From NCBI GenBank assembly GCA_013360215.1, contig JABWCP010000001.1, forward strand, positions 277,144 to 341,143: a stretch of 64,000 nucleotides of DNA, read 5' to 3'. The notes under the pieces were generated by a model. It did not search any database. It was given only the letters and a program-made list of their open reading frames with translations, and had not been told where the DNA came from. The position numbers and the translations under genes are program-made. This document shows, one piece after another, positions 1 to 10,363 of the stretch (positions within the stretch are counted from its first letter, which is position 1; each line of letters begins with the position of its first letter). The DNA comes from a bacterium (GTDB taxonomy: Bacteria > CLD3 > SB21).

Positions 1-2
1 GC

Positions 3-1019
3 TCAGGCTTCCGATTTGGATTCGCGCGTCATCAGATCATATACCGCCGCGCGCGGATCTTTATTTTCAAATATAACACGGTATACCTGTTCTATAATGG
101 GCATTTCTATGCCGTGTTTTTGAGCTAACGCATAAGCCGCTTTGGCTGTCTTAACGCCTTCGGCAACCATTTTCATGGAGGCTAAAATTTCTTCGAGTTT
201 TTTTCCTTGTCCTAATTGAATACCGACGCTGCGATTTCGACTCAGATCACCGGTGCATGTCAGAACCAAGTCTCCCATGCCCGAAAGACCCAAAAAGGTC
301 ATCTCTTTGGCTCCCATTTTTTTTCCGAGACGCAATATCTCCGCAACACCTCGCGTTATGAGCGCCGCACGAGTATTATGCCCATAACCAAGCCCATCAC
401 TGATGCCCGCCGCAATGGCGATAACATTTTTGAGCGCACTCGCCAGTTCCGATCCGACAATATCATCCGTTGTGTATACACGAAAACGCTCACTGGAAAA
501 AATTTTCTGGCAATATTGAGCAGCGGACGGATTTTTAGAAGAAATCGTAACGGCCGTCGGCGCACCGAGTGCCACTTCGCGTGCAAAACTCGGTCCCGAT
601 AAAAAGGCCAGTTGACTGTGTTTTGATGGTGGAATAATCTGAAGCAATAATTCCGACATGGTCAACAAAGATTCATTTTCAATTCCTTTGGTACAATTGA
701 GAATGATCGCATCGTCTTCCAAAAAAGGAACGGCACGCTGCATGACGTCTCGCGTTGCATGGGATGGATTAACCTGCAAAACCAGTTTTTTACCACGCAC
801 AGTTTGCTGTAAATCAGATGTAGCCGTCAGACTATTAGGTAAAACGACACCCGGTAAATAGGTTTTGTTTTCCCGTTGGGTCTGCATGTATTCAGCGGCT
901 TGTGCATCATGTGCCCAAATTGTAACAGGATAACCGTTACGTGCCAAATGAATAGCCATGGCTGTCCCAAAACTTCCACCGCCAATCACACCGACTTCTA
1001 CTAATTCTTTTGTATTCAT
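3..1019 (-). CDS. gpsA: NAD(P)H-dependent glycerol-3-phosphate dehydrogenase
   Basis: GGGSFG Rossmann motif; TKGIE, LSGPSFA, LKNVIAIAAG, GDLVLTC-SRN and EGV family motifs. Confidence 0.96.
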   Translation of the reverse strand: MNTKELVEVGVIGGGSFGTAMAIHLARNGYPVTIWAHDAQAAEYMQTQRENKTYLPGVVLPNSLTATSDLQQTVRGKKLVLQVNPSHATRDVMQRAVPFLEDDAIILNCTKGIENESLLTMSELLLQIIPPSKHSQLAFLSGPSFAREVALGAPTAVTISSKNPSAAQYCQKIFSSERFRVYTTDDIVGSELASALKNVIAIAAGISDGLGYGHNTRAALITRGVAEILRLGKKMGAKEMTFLGLSGMGDLVLTCTGDLSRNRSVGIQLGQGKKLEEILASMKMVAEGVKTAKAAYALAQKHGIEMPIIEQVYRVIFENKDPRAAVYDLMTRESKSEA

Positions 1020-1161
1020 GAGGAAAATATAGTATACGTTGTTTATTATATCAAGACTTATTAAAACACAAATTTTACAATAAGTTAGTTTTAACTTGAA
1101 TTTTTATTGTATCGGTAATACTTTTCCCATGTTCAAGCACTTTTCTTAGGAGAAATATTTG

Positions 1162-1719
1162 ATGAAAATTTATCTCGAAGCCGGAGTCGGCTTCCAATCC
1201 GGAACAGACGCGTATGGTAATGAAATTACCGGCTCATCTAACACAGAGTTAACCGTAAAATATTTACAAGAATATTTAAACAACCAATCTGACATACGGG
1301 ATCGAAAAACGGAAGTAATAACCACCTCCAACGCCGCCACCGTACTTGAAACGATGCAACCTGAAGATATTTTTTTGACCGTACATCTAAATTATTACAG
1401 GCAATCCCAAGGTGTGGGCTTACGCGGGTTTTATCGCAGCTCCCGTAAGCTTAATTCCGAAAAGTGCAAAGCTTTGGCTATTACTGTTACCAAAGCATTG
1501 CATGATCACACGGACGTATACTATCACGGCGTCTTCAATGAGCAACGAAATAATAAACCTCAACTCGAACCGATTTTGTCTACTAAAGCTACAGCCGCTT
1601 TGGTAGAAGTCGGTTTTAATGATGATTTTAAAACAAAATCACAATCTGAAATGTTGCATAAAAATTTAGCAGAGGGTTTAGGTAAAGGTTTAGTTCGTCA
1701 CATAAACGCTATACGCTAA
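1162..1719 (+). CDS. Amidase_3-like (N-acetylmuramoyl-L-alanine amidase fold) protein, degenerate
   Basis: IYLEAG, FLTVHLN and ALVEVGF resemble the Amidase_3 motifs; first Zn-ligand His replaced by Val; AGGAG precedes ATG at 1162. Confidence 0.6.
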   Translation: MKIYLEAGVGFQSGTDAYGNEITGSSNTELTVKYLQEYLNNQSDIRDRKTEVITTSNAATVLETMQPEDIFLTVHLNYYRQSQGVGLRGFYRSSRKLNSEKCKALAITVTKALHDHTDVYYHGVFNEQRNNKPQLEPILSTKATAALVEVGFNDDFKTKSQSEMLHKNLAEGLGKGLVRHINAIR

Positions 1720-1826
1720 AAGTGACCATAAGACAAAAAAACTGTATTATTGTATTAGTATAATTACAATTGGATAGGTCACTTTCCTTTGACAAAAGTC
1801 GACTTAAAGTTCATTTTAATAAATAC

Positions 1827-1855
1827 TTGACATTGCACCAATAATCATTTATTTT
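1827..1855 (+). promoter_or_regulatory. sigma70-type promoter candidate
   Basis: TTGACA (1827-1832), 17 nt spacer, TATTTT (1850-1855), upstream of the 1955 ORF. Confidence 0.45.
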
Positions 1856-1954
1856 TTCTCAAATTACCGTCTTAATAGCTTAATAGCTTAAATCAAGAAT
1901 TATACTGATTAATATTAAAATTTATTTATAAACATCCGAAATTCGGAGGAATGT

Positions 1955-3145
1955 ATGTTGCGTAAAAAATTGATTTGGCTGAGTATGTTAATGGCAACTT
2001 CAGCCATGGTTTCCGCGCAGATCGGCAATGGGCTTGGTACCGGGCGTATGGGTACGTTTAACACCTATTCCGCATCAGTTATGGGTTCAGGCTTCTTGAG
2101 TACTTACAATCAGGGACGTTTATTCGCAGTGGCAGGACAGAGCGGATTTGGAACAATCAAAAATGTTAATTTGTATCATGCGTCCAACAATTTCACAGCA
2201 GCATATGGATTCATGGATAATTTTGATGCTTTAGTTTCTATTATTACATATCAAGACATCAATATTCGTACTGTTCGAGGTTCGCAGTCATTGGTACCAG
2301 GCGATTTATATCTCTCGATTCGAACTGGAAGTTATCAAATTGGTGAAGGTAGTTTGGAATATGGTGGATCCGTCACAGGACGTTTTCCAACCGGAGGACA
2401 GCATAATATTCCTTTTGAAGTATATCGTTCAAAGAATATCGAATTCGGTGTAATGGGATTGTTATCGTACTATAGTAATCCATATTACAAGGATCAGAGC
2501 TATAGTCTTAATTTAAATTTGGGATTTTGGAGTCACAACGATAATGGCACTGTAGTTACGCCATCGGATGATCCAAATTATTCAAAAGTTGAAAGTGACG
2601 TCAATGCTCTTGCACTTCAATATGGATTAGGTTTGCAAATCCCCGTTAGTAAAGTACATTTTATGTTGGATTTGTATGGCCTAAATTACCTCACCGCTCC
2701 TACCAAATATGTATTTAGTCGTGAATCGTTTGCTTATTCTTCTTTCGGTTTACGCTACAATCTTCGCTCATGGTTAAATGTTGGAACTTTCTTTGACTTC
2801 CAATTAGCAGGAAAATCTGACAAGACGAGCTATGATGGGAATGGCAAATTATATGGCGTTACTAAACCAGGTCAACCTGCAAATTCTTCCTCAAAAGGTG
2901 CTCCTAACTACAATACTTGGCGTTTCGGCTTCGGACTTGGGTTTAATATCCTTCCTGCCACCTTTGGTAATTCTGGTGGAGCATCCGGCGGTGAACAACG
3001 CCGCAAAAAACTTTTAGATCGCCTTATGGAAGAAGAAAAAGGGGCTCAGCGTGCATCCAATCAACTTGATAAACTAAAGAATATCCGAGTTAATGCCGAA
3101 AAAGAACTTGAGCAAATTAGATTAGAATTGGAAGGCGGACAGTAG
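1955..3145 (+). CDS. exported protein, probable outer-membrane beta-barrel with C-terminal coiled coil
   Basis: Signal peptide ending VSA-Q; alternating aromatic/Gly beta-strands; Gly/Ser linker then charged helical tail; GGAGG RBS. Confidence 0.6.
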   Translation: MLRKKLIWLSMLMATSAMVSAQIGNGLGTGRMGTFNTYSASVMGSGFLSTYNQGRLFAVAGQSGFGTIKNVNLYHASNNFTAAYGFMDNFDALVSIITYQDINIRTVRGSQSLVPGDLYLSIRTGSYQIGEGSLEYGGSVTGRFPTGGQHNIPFEVYRSKNIEFGVMGLLSYYSNPYYKDQSYSLNLNLGFWSHNDNGTVVTPSDDPNYSKVESDVNALALQYGLGLQIPVSKVHFMLDLYGLNYLTAPTKYVFSRESFAYSSFGLRYNLRSWLNVGTFFDFQLAGKSDKTSYDGNGKLYGVTKPGQPANSSSKGAPNYNTWRFGFGLGFNILPATFGNSGGASGGEQRRKKLLDRLMEEEKGAQRASNQLDKLKNIRVNAEKELEQIRLELEGGQ

Positions 3146-3157
3146 TATATACAGTAA

Positions 3158-3496
<339 letters not shown>

Positions 3497-3573
3497 CATA
3501 CGAGCCGTTCGACGGCGAACAAGAGACATCCGAAGTGTCTCTATCGCCAAAAAAAGTATATTATAGGAATTTT

Positions 3574-3607
3574 AGCCCCTGACCGAAAATCAGGGGCTTT
3601 TGATTTT
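3574..3607 (+). terminator. intrinsic terminator-like hairpin between glnB and glnA
   Basis: AGCCCCTGA-7 nt loop-TCAGGGGCT perfect 9-bp stem followed by TTTGATTTT. Confidence 0.7.
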
Positions 3608-3655
3608 AATTAACTTAAGTAAGTAATAATTCACTTATCAACAAAGGAGCTATCG

Positions 3656-5077
3656 ATGAGCAAAGAAGCCATCAAAAAGGCTATGGACCTTGCTAAAAGC
3701 CGCAACGTTCAAGTCGTTGATCTCAAGTTTATGGATTTTATTGGTGTATGGCAGCATTTCACCATCCCTATCTATGAGCTTAACGATGAAGTTTGGGAAC
3801 AAGGTCTCGGTTTTGACGGTTCCAGTATTCGCGGTTGGAAAGCTATCAACGAAAGCGATATGCTTGTTATCCCCGATCCGAATACGGCCATGATTGACCC
3901 TTTTCAACAACCCTCGACATTGAGTATTGTGTGCGATGTACACGAACCGCTTACCAAAGAACGATTCAGTCGTTGTCCTCGCGGTATTGCTCATGCTGCC
4001 GAAGCTTATCTGAAATCCACCGGAATCGCCGATACGGCTTACTTTGGTCCGGAAGCCGAATTTTTCATTTTCGACAGTATCCGATTTGATCAGACACAAA
4101 ATGCCGGCTATTATTACATTGACTCGATCGAAGGTGTATGGAATCGTGGCCGCGATGAAAACCCCAATTTAGGTTACAAGATTAGAAACAAAGAAGGTTA
4201 CTTCCCCGTTCCCCCGGCTGATCAATTTCAAAATATGCGTAATGAAATGATAATGATCATGCACGAATGCGGGCTTCACGTCGAACGTCAACACCACGAA
4301 GTCGCAACGGCCGGTCAAGCAGAAATTGATTACAAATTTAACAGCCTTGTTCGTTCCGGTGACGATCTTATGCTTTTCAAATACATCGTTAAAAATGTAG
4401 CCTGGAAGTACGGTAAAACGGCTACCTTTATGCCAAAACCTATTTTCGGCGATAACGGCTCGGGTATGCACGTTCACATGAGCCTTTGGAAAGCAGGACA
4501 ACCTCTTTTTGCCGGCAATCAATATGCAGGACTGAGCGAGCTCGCACTGTACTTTATTGGCGGTATTCTAAAACATACCAAAGCACTCAACGCCTTGGCA
4601 AACCCTACGACGAACTCCTACAAGCGTCTTACGCCGGGATTTGAAGCACCTGTCAATCTCGCCTATTCACAAAGTAATCGTTCGGCGGCTGTACGCATAC
4701 CGATGTATTCCAATAGCCCTAAAGCGAAACGTGTAGAATACCGTTGCCCCGATCCGAGTTGCAATCCCTATCTTGCGTTTGCAGCCATGATGATGGCCGG
4801 TCTTGATGGTATTCTCAATAAAATTCACCCGGGTAATCCCCTAGATAAAAACATCTACGACCTTGCTCCGGACGAATTGGCCAAAGTACCTTCGACCTGC
4901 GCATCGTTGGATGAAGCATTGCGTGCATTAGAAAACGATCATGACTTCCTTCTCAAAGGCGATGTCTTCACAGAAGATGTGATCAAATCTTGGATCAGCT
5001 ATAAGTATGAAAACGAAGTAAACCCCATGCGTCTGCGTCCGCATCCGTATGAATTTGCTTTGTACTACGATATGTGA
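3656..5077 (+). CDS. glnA: glutamine synthetase type I
   Basis: [36 protein letters not shown]; adenylylation-type Tyr in NIYDL; AAGGAG RBS. Confidence 0.98.
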   Translation: MSKEAIKKAMDLAKSRNVQVVDLKFMDFIGVWQHFTIPIYELNDEVWEQGLGFDGSSIRGWKAINESDMLVIPDPNTAMIDPFQQPSTLSIVCDVHEPLTKERFSRCPRGIAHAAEAYLKSTGIADTAYFGPEAEFFIFDSIRFDQTQNAGYYYIDSIEGVWNRGRDENPNLGYKIRNKEGYFPVPPADQFQNMRNEMIMIMHECGLHVERQHHEVATAGQAEIDYKFNSLVRSGDDLMLFKYIVKNVAWKYGKTATFMPKPIFGDNGSGMHVHMSLWKAGQPLFAGNQYAGLSELALYFIGGILKHTKALNALANPTTNSYKRLTPGFEAPVNLAYSQSNRSAAVRIPMYSNSPKAKRVEYRCPDPSCNPYLAFAAMMMAGLDGILNKIHPGNPLDKNIYDLAPDELAKVPSTCASLDEALRALENDHDFLLKGDVFTEDVIKSWISYKYENEVNPMRLRPHPYEFALYYDM

Positions 5078-5098
5078 TCGTTTGAACTCCACTCTGTT

Positions 5099-5129
5099 AA
5101 AAAGCCGGTGCTCACGCATCGGCTTTTTT
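5099..5129 (+). terminator. intrinsic terminator after glnA (possibly bidirectional)
   Basis: AAAAA-GCCGGTGC-TCAC-GCATCGGC-TTTTTT. Confidence 0.85.
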
Positions 5130-5133
5130 ATTT

Positions 5134-5162
5134 TTGACTTTTCTGAGCGAATTGGTTAATTT
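5134..5162 (+). promoter_or_regulatory. sigma70-type promoter candidate for prfB-argS
   Basis: TTGACT (5134-5139), 17 nt spacer, TAATTT (5157-5162). Confidence 0.5.
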
Positions 5163-5198
5163 CGCACGCATTTTTTTAACCATAGGAATCATACTGCC

Positions 5199-6309
5199 GT
5201 GATTGAAATTTCCGACATCGAAAAAAAACTCGAACTCGCTCAATTTAAAATTTCAGAATTGCGGAGGTTTCTTTGACGTCGATCAACGTGATCAAAAAAT
5301 AGCCAACCTCGAAGCCCAGACCACCGTTGAAGGTTTTTGGAATGACAATCAGCGTGCGCAACAGATCATGCAACAGATTGCCTCTGAGCGCGCATGGGTC
5401 GATCAATGGAAAAAGCTGGATGCGCAATGCGAAGATCTGAATATGCTTTTAGAGATCGCTGAAGAGGAAAATGACGAAGCTACAATCAAGTCCATTGATA
5501 CCGAACTGACCGAACTCGAAAAGGCGCTTGCACACCTGGAGTTGCGCGCTTATTTCACTAATCCGGAAGATAACAAAAGCACTGTTCTTACGATTCACCC
5601 CGGTGCCGGCGGAACAGAGTCCCAGGATTGGGCGGAGATGCTTATGCGCATGTACCAACGCTGGGCCGCCAATCGCGGCATGCAGTGCCAGATTCTTGAT
5701 ATTCTTGACGGTGATGGTGCAGGCATTAAGAGCGTGACGATGGAAATTTCCGGTGAATTTGCATTTGGTCTGCTCAAATGTGAAAGCGGCGTACACCGTC
5801 TGGTGCGGATATCCCCTTTTGACTCCAACGCACGCCGTCACACGTCATTTGCGTCAGTATATGCTTATCCAGAAATGGAGGAAGTCGAAGCCAAGATCGA
5901 AATTAATCCCGCGGATATCAAAATGGATACGTATCGCTCTGGGGGTAAAGGTGGCCAAAATGTAAACAAAGTAGAAACAGCCGTGCGACTGACGCATATT
6001 CCTTCCGGCATTGTCGTGGCGTGTCAGGTAGAACGTTCACAGCATAAAAACCGCGATCTGGCTATGAAGCTTCTGATCTCCAAGCTTTATCAAATGCGTA
6101 AAAAAGAAGAACAAGATAAATTAGACAAACTTGAGAGCGCCAAATCCGATATCGCATGGGGCAATCAAATCCGTTCTTACGTTTTTCATCCGTATAATCT
6201 CGTAAAAGATCACCGCACCGATACCGAGACAAGCAACGTGCAGGCTGTCATGGATGGTGATATTGATATGTTTATCGAAGCCTGCCTCAAACAAAAAGTC
6301 GTTCAATAA
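5199..6309 (+). CDS. prfB: peptide chain release factor 2 with programmed +1 frameshift, join(5199..5273,5275..6309)
   Basis: GTG at 5199 opens a 25-codon frame ending CGG AGG TTT CTT TGA C; the +1 frame continues DVDQRDQK with SPF and GGQ motifs. Confidence 0.96.
5263..5277 (+). promoter_or_regulatory. RF2 +1 frameshift cassette
   Basis: Internal SD GGAGG followed by TTT CTT TGA C. Confidence 0.93.
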
Positions 6310-6315
6310 TAAGTC

Positions 6316-8013
6316 ATGAAAAGTTACCTCGAACAACAGCTCCACTCCGCTTTAAAAGCATTAAACATAGTGCCCGATTGTGAAATAATTTTCACTAAAA
6401 CAAAGGATGAACGTTTTGGTAATGTGGCGACAAATTTGGCAATGAATCTCGCCAAAACTCAAAAAACGAATCCTCGCGAATTGGCGCAAAAAATTGTTGA
6501 CCATCTCCAGCTTGATTCATCCTTAGTCACCAAAGCGGAAGTTGCCGGTGGCGGATTTATCAATTTTTTTTTCAGCCCCAATTACCTTTTTGCTCAACTC
6601 AAAACTATACTGCTGCAAAGTGAAGAATATGGTCGTCATCGTTTTGGGACGAATCAACGGGTTGATGTCGAATTTGTCAGCGCAAATCCAACAGGTCCTT
6701 TATCTATAGGTCACGGGCGTCAGGCGGTGCTCGGCGATGTTCTTTGCAGATTATTATCCAATGCCGGTTATCAAGTTACACGCGAATATTATTTTAATAA
6801 TGCCGGTGTTCAGATGAAAAAATTAGGCGAATCCGTACGCCTACGGTATTTGGAATTGTTGGGTGAGAACATCACTTTTCCTGAAAAACATTACGAAGGC
6901 GAATATATACGCGACATCGCTGCCGATATAAAATCACAATACGGCGAATCCTGGAAATCTTATGATTTCGAACCCTTCAAGTCCTTTGCCGAGGATGTAT
7001 TATTTGCCAATATCAGAAAAGTCTTAGGTCGCATCGGACTAAAATTTGACGTTTATTACAATGAAGACTCCTTGTACAAAGATGGAAAAATCGAAGCTTT
7101 GCTCAAATCGTTTGCGGCTAAAAACCTAACCTATGTCAAAGAAAACGCTACCTGGCTAAAAACTTCCGAATTTTCTTATGATCACGGACCTAAACCCGAA
7201 AATGATAAAGTCATCGTAAAATCAACCGGCGAGCCAACTTATCGTTTGCCGGATATGGCCTACCATGTTACCAAATTTGAGCGCGGCTTTGATCATATCA
7301 TTGACATTTTCGGCGCGGATCATATCGCCGAATACCCCGATGTATTAGCCGGACTTAAGGCCTTAGGTTATGACACCTCGCATGTGCGCGTTCTCATTCA
7401 TCAGTTTGTGACATTGATGAAAGAAGGAGAAATCCTCAAAATGTCCAAACGTAAAGCTAATTTCGTAACTATTGATGAATTAATTGATTTGCTTGGGCCT
7501 GATGTGTTTCGTTATTTTCTCATCATGCGCAGTCACAATTCGCATCTTAATTTTGATCTCGAATTGGCTCAAAAGCAGTCTATGGAAAATCCCGCGTATT
7601 ACATACAAAATGCCCACGCGCGTATTTGTTCAATTGAGAAAAAAGCCGGTGAACGCGGCATTTTGTTCTCTGTTTCCAATGAAATTAAATTGGATCTATT
7701 GAAAGCAGACGAGGAAACCACCATCATTGAAAAACTTCTACAATTTCCGGAACTCACTGCGCGGCTTGCTAAAAATCTCGAACCGCATCCGCTCACTACG
7801 TATCTTGAGGAATTGGCCGGTGTATATCACCATTATCAGACGGCAGGCAAGAAAAATCCAGACCTGCGTGTTATCACAGAGGATAAAGCTTTATCTGAAG
7901 CACGTCTTGCTTTATGTATCGCCGTTCGCATCGTTTTACGTCGAGGTCTTGATATTTTAGGCATCCATGCTCCGGAATATATGGCGCGTGATCAGGTTGA
8001 TGAAACAGTTTGA
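6316..8013 (+). CDS. argS: arginine--tRNA ligase
   Basis: VEFVSANPTGPLSIGH (HIGH-type), KMSKRKA, YIQNAHARICSI, C-terminal APEYM. Confidence 0.96.
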   Translation: MKSYLEQQLHSALKALNIVPDCEIIFTKTKDERFGNVATNLAMNLAKTQKTNPRELAQKIVDHLQLDSSLVTKAEVAGGGFINFFFSPNYLFAQLKTILLQSEEYGRHRFGTNQRVDVEFVSANPTGPLSIGHGRQAVLGDVLCRLLSNAGYQVTREYYFNNAGVQMKKLGESVRLRYLELLGENITFPEKHYEGEYIRDIAADIKSQYGESWKSYDFEPFKSFAEDVLFANIRKVLGRIGLKFDVYYNEDSLYKDGKIEALLKSFAAKNLTYVKENATWLKTSEFSYDHGPKPENDKVIVKSTGEPTYRLPDMAYHVTKFERGFDHIIDIFGADHIAEYPDVLAGLKALGYDTSHVRVLIHQFVTLMKEGEILKMSKRKANFVTIDELIDLLGPDVFRYFLIMRSHNSHLNFDLELAQKQSMENPAYYIQNAHARICSIEKKAGERGILFSVSNEIKLDLLKADEETTIIEKLLQFPELTARLAKNLEPHPLTTYLEELAGVYHHYQTAGKKNPDLRVITEDKALSEARLALCIAVRIVLRRGLDILGIHAPEYMARDQVDETV

Positions 8014-8019
8014 AATAAA

Positions 8020-8048
8020 TTGACTTTCCGTGGTGCGTTGTATACATT
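8020..8048 (+). promoter_or_regulatory. sigma70-type promoter candidate
   Basis: TTGACT (8020-8025), 17 nt spacer, TACATT (8043-8048). Confidence 0.55.
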
Positions 8049-8083
8049 GCGCCGCATTTAATTGAAAATTTCAGGAGAAAAAT

Positions 8084-8992
8084 GTGGATATATTGGTTGT
8101 CGGTTCGGTCGCTTTAGATTCAGTAGAAACACCTTTTGGTAAAGTCGAAGACGCCGTCGGAGGTTCTGCTACTTTTTTCAGTGCAGCGGCCAGTTATTTT
8201 GCTCCGGTCAATCTTGTGGCGGTCGTCGGTAACGACTACCCTATGCATGCTATCGAATATCTTAAATCACGCCGTGTTGATTTTAAAGGATTACAAGTTG
8301 AACAAGGCGAGACATTTCGCTGGGCAGGTCGTTATAATTATGATCTGAATCAACGCGACACAATCTACACCCACCTCAATGTATTTCAAAACTTCAAACC
8401 ACATATTCCCGATGCTTATAAATCATCACAATATGTGTTTTTAGGCAATATCGCTCCTGAATTACAGTTTGATGTGTTGGATCAAGTCCAATCGCCTAAA
8501 TTAGTCGCTTTAGATACAATGAATTTTTGGATTGAAGGCAGTCAAAAAGCATTACGCAAAGTTCTTGAACGCATTGACATCTTTATTCTCAACGACTCCG
8601 AAGCAAGACAACTGGCCAATCAACCCAATTTGATAAAAGCCGCCAAAGAAATTTTTAAAATGGGTCCTAAAGCGATTGTGATTAAAAAAGGTGAATACGG
8701 CGCAGCACTCATAACACCTGATGCACAATTTAATGTGCCGGCTTATCCTTTGGAAGACGTGTATGATCCGACCGGTGCCGGAGACACCTTTGCCGGTGGT
8801 TTCATGGGTTATATCGCTAAAACAGATGATGCATCATTTGAAAATCTCAAGCGTGCCGTAGTCTATGGCAGCGCGATGGCCTCATTTTGCGTACAAGACT
8901 TTAGTATCAATGCCTTAAAGGAGCTTTCCGAAGATAAAATTTTTGATCGCGTTCTTGCATTCAAACAACTCAGCCATTTTGAAGAAAAATAG
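8084..8992 (+). CDS. PfkB-family carbohydrate/nucleoside kinase
   Basis: GGSA near N terminus, NDSEA, DPTGAGDTFAGG signature; GTG start after AGGAG. Confidence 0.9.
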   Translation: MDILVVGSVALDSVETPFGKVEDAVGGSATFFSAAASYFAPVNLVAVVGNDYPMHAIEYLKSRRVDFKGLQVEQGETFRWAGRYNYDLNQRDTIYTHLNVFQNFKPHIPDAYKSSQYVFLGNIAPELQFDVLDQVQSPKLVALDTMNFWIEGSQKALRKVLERIDIFILNDSEARQLANQPNLIKAAKEIFKMGPKAIVIKKGEYGAALITPDAQFNVPAYPLEDVYDPTGAGDTFAGGFMGYIAKTDDASFENLKRAVVYGSAMASFCVQDFSINALKELSEDKIFDRVLAFKQLSHFEEK

Positions 8993-9007
8993 AGTGGATA
9001 TTTTTGT

Positions 9008-9475
9008 ATGAAACTGAGCGAAATTCTTAACGCCAAACTCATTCGTATCCCGCTACTCCAATCTAACAAGCAGGATATTATTTTAGAAATGCTGGATGTT
9101 TTGGTTGCGTCCGGAAAAATAAGCAATCGGGAAAAGGTATTACAATCCGTTCTTGAACGCGAACAAATGATGAGCACCGGCATAGGTAACAGCGTTGCTA
9201 TCCCGCACGGGAAATCCTCCGGCGTGGAAGAACTGCAAGTAGCTTTGGGAATCACGGCTCAGGATATCAATTTTGACGCATTAGACGGCAAACCTGTACG
9301 TATCATATTTATGCTCGTCGGACCCGAAAAGGCTTCCAGTCTGCATATCAAAATGTTATCCCGCATTTCGCGGTTGCTCAATCAAGCACCATTTCGGAAA
9401 AAACTGACCGATGCCCAATCGGCCGATGAAATAATGCAAATCATTTCAGATGAAGAAAAACTTTTGGAAGGTTAA
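9008..9475 (+). CDS. PTS EIIA component (fructose/Ntr type, PTS_EIIA_2)
   Basis: RE-STGIG-VAIPHG phospho-His motif; FDALDGKPV; HIKMLSRISRLL. Confidence 0.9.
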   Translation: MKLSEILNAKLIRIPLLQSNKQDIILEMLDVLVASGKISNREKVLQSVLEREQMMSTGIGNSVAIPHGKSSGVEELQVALGITAQDINFDALDGKPVRIIFMLVGPEKASSLHIKMLSRISRLLNQAPFRKKLTDAQSADEIMQIISDEEKLLEG

Positions 9476-9771
9476 TCCGGAAGCGTAATGATTGGTTTTT
9501 CGTGGTGGCATTTATATAGCAAAATATTATTGCCGATAATCTGAACAATTTGTGACTGTGTCCCCTCGCTGATCATTTCAGCTACTTCTTTCTTATCCAA
9601 ATCACAGCCGTCTTGCACTTTGACCTTGATCAATTCTTTGGTATTAAAACCGTTATTGACGGATAAGTACGTGTTATCCGTAATACCGGATTTTCCTACC
9701 GAAATGGTTGCTTTAATGGCGTTTCCCAAGCCACGTAAAAAACGTTTTTGTTTTCCTGTTAATTCCGACAA
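9472..9771 (-). CDS. yhbY: YhbY/CRM-domain RNA-binding ribosome assembly protein
   Basis: LTGKQKRFLR, GKSG, ELIKVK, QIIG-LY; likely TTG start at 9771 behind GAGGA. Confidence 0.88.
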   Translation of the reverse strand: MSELTGKQKRFLRGLGNAIKATISVGKSGITDNTYLSVNNGFNTKELIKVKVQDGCDLDKKEVAEMISEGTQSQIVQIIGNNILLYKCHHEKPIITLPD

Positions 9772-9778
9772 ATGATCC

Positions 9779-10354
9779 TCAATCGTTGGGCAATTTTCTG
9801 TGCTTATACCAAGCTGCACAGACCAGTATAATGCCCGACACTACAAATGTCAACGGCCAATACGTACGGATGATAAATACCCAATCGTATGGAAACATAT
9901 AAAAATTACGTGAAATATGAATTCCTCCAAAACCGATCAGAGAAAGTCCTGCAACCAACGAAAACCAGCGTCGCATATTGAAGAAAAAATTGATGACAAA
10001 AGCGATACCGCTTATCAGAAAATATACGGGCCATAGCGTACGCATGGCGAGTCCTTCCTGTGTGTCAAGGTACAAGTGGAATACCCCGATCAACAATAAC
10101 GTCAGGCCAAAAAACACATAATATTTTTTGGTTACGATCGTCTTGATTATGCTCACGCCACCGATGATAATCAATCCGTAACGCTCCATCCAACCCCAGC
10201 TCAGTACATTCATATTCCATAGTATCCAAAACGTACCGATCACAATAAGCCATAAACCTGTAAACAGATACTTCTTATTGCTGTCAGATGCGCTATCGGA
10301 CTTCACATCTGATACCGCGGCGTCTGATGCGTTGTATTCGCTTTCCGTTTGCAT
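9779..10354 (-). CDS. membrane protein with LiaF/DUF5668-like TM repeats
   Basis: Repeated G-LI-G...(L/Y)WP-LI-G helical hairpin pattern; follows the PspC gene. Confidence 0.6.
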   Translation of the reverse strand: MQTESEYNASDAAVSDVKSDSASDSNKKYLFTGLWLIVIGTFWILWNMNVLSWGWMERYGLIIIGGVSIIKTIVTKKYYVFFGLTLLLIGVFHLYLDTQEGLAMRTLWPVYFLISGIAFVINFFFNMRRWFSLVAGLSLIGFGGIHISRNFYMFPYDWVFIIRTYWPLTFVVSGIILVCAAWYKHRKLPND

Positions 10355-10363
10355 AACGATCTC

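Noticed and set aside
1871-1891. Short tandem repeat CTTAATAG x2.6
   Set aside because: Too short in AT-rich DNA to assign meaning
3497-3560. Known glnA glutamine riboswitch or ANTAR dual-hexaloop element
   Set aside because: Conserved core sequences not recognisable; kept only as an unclassified structured element
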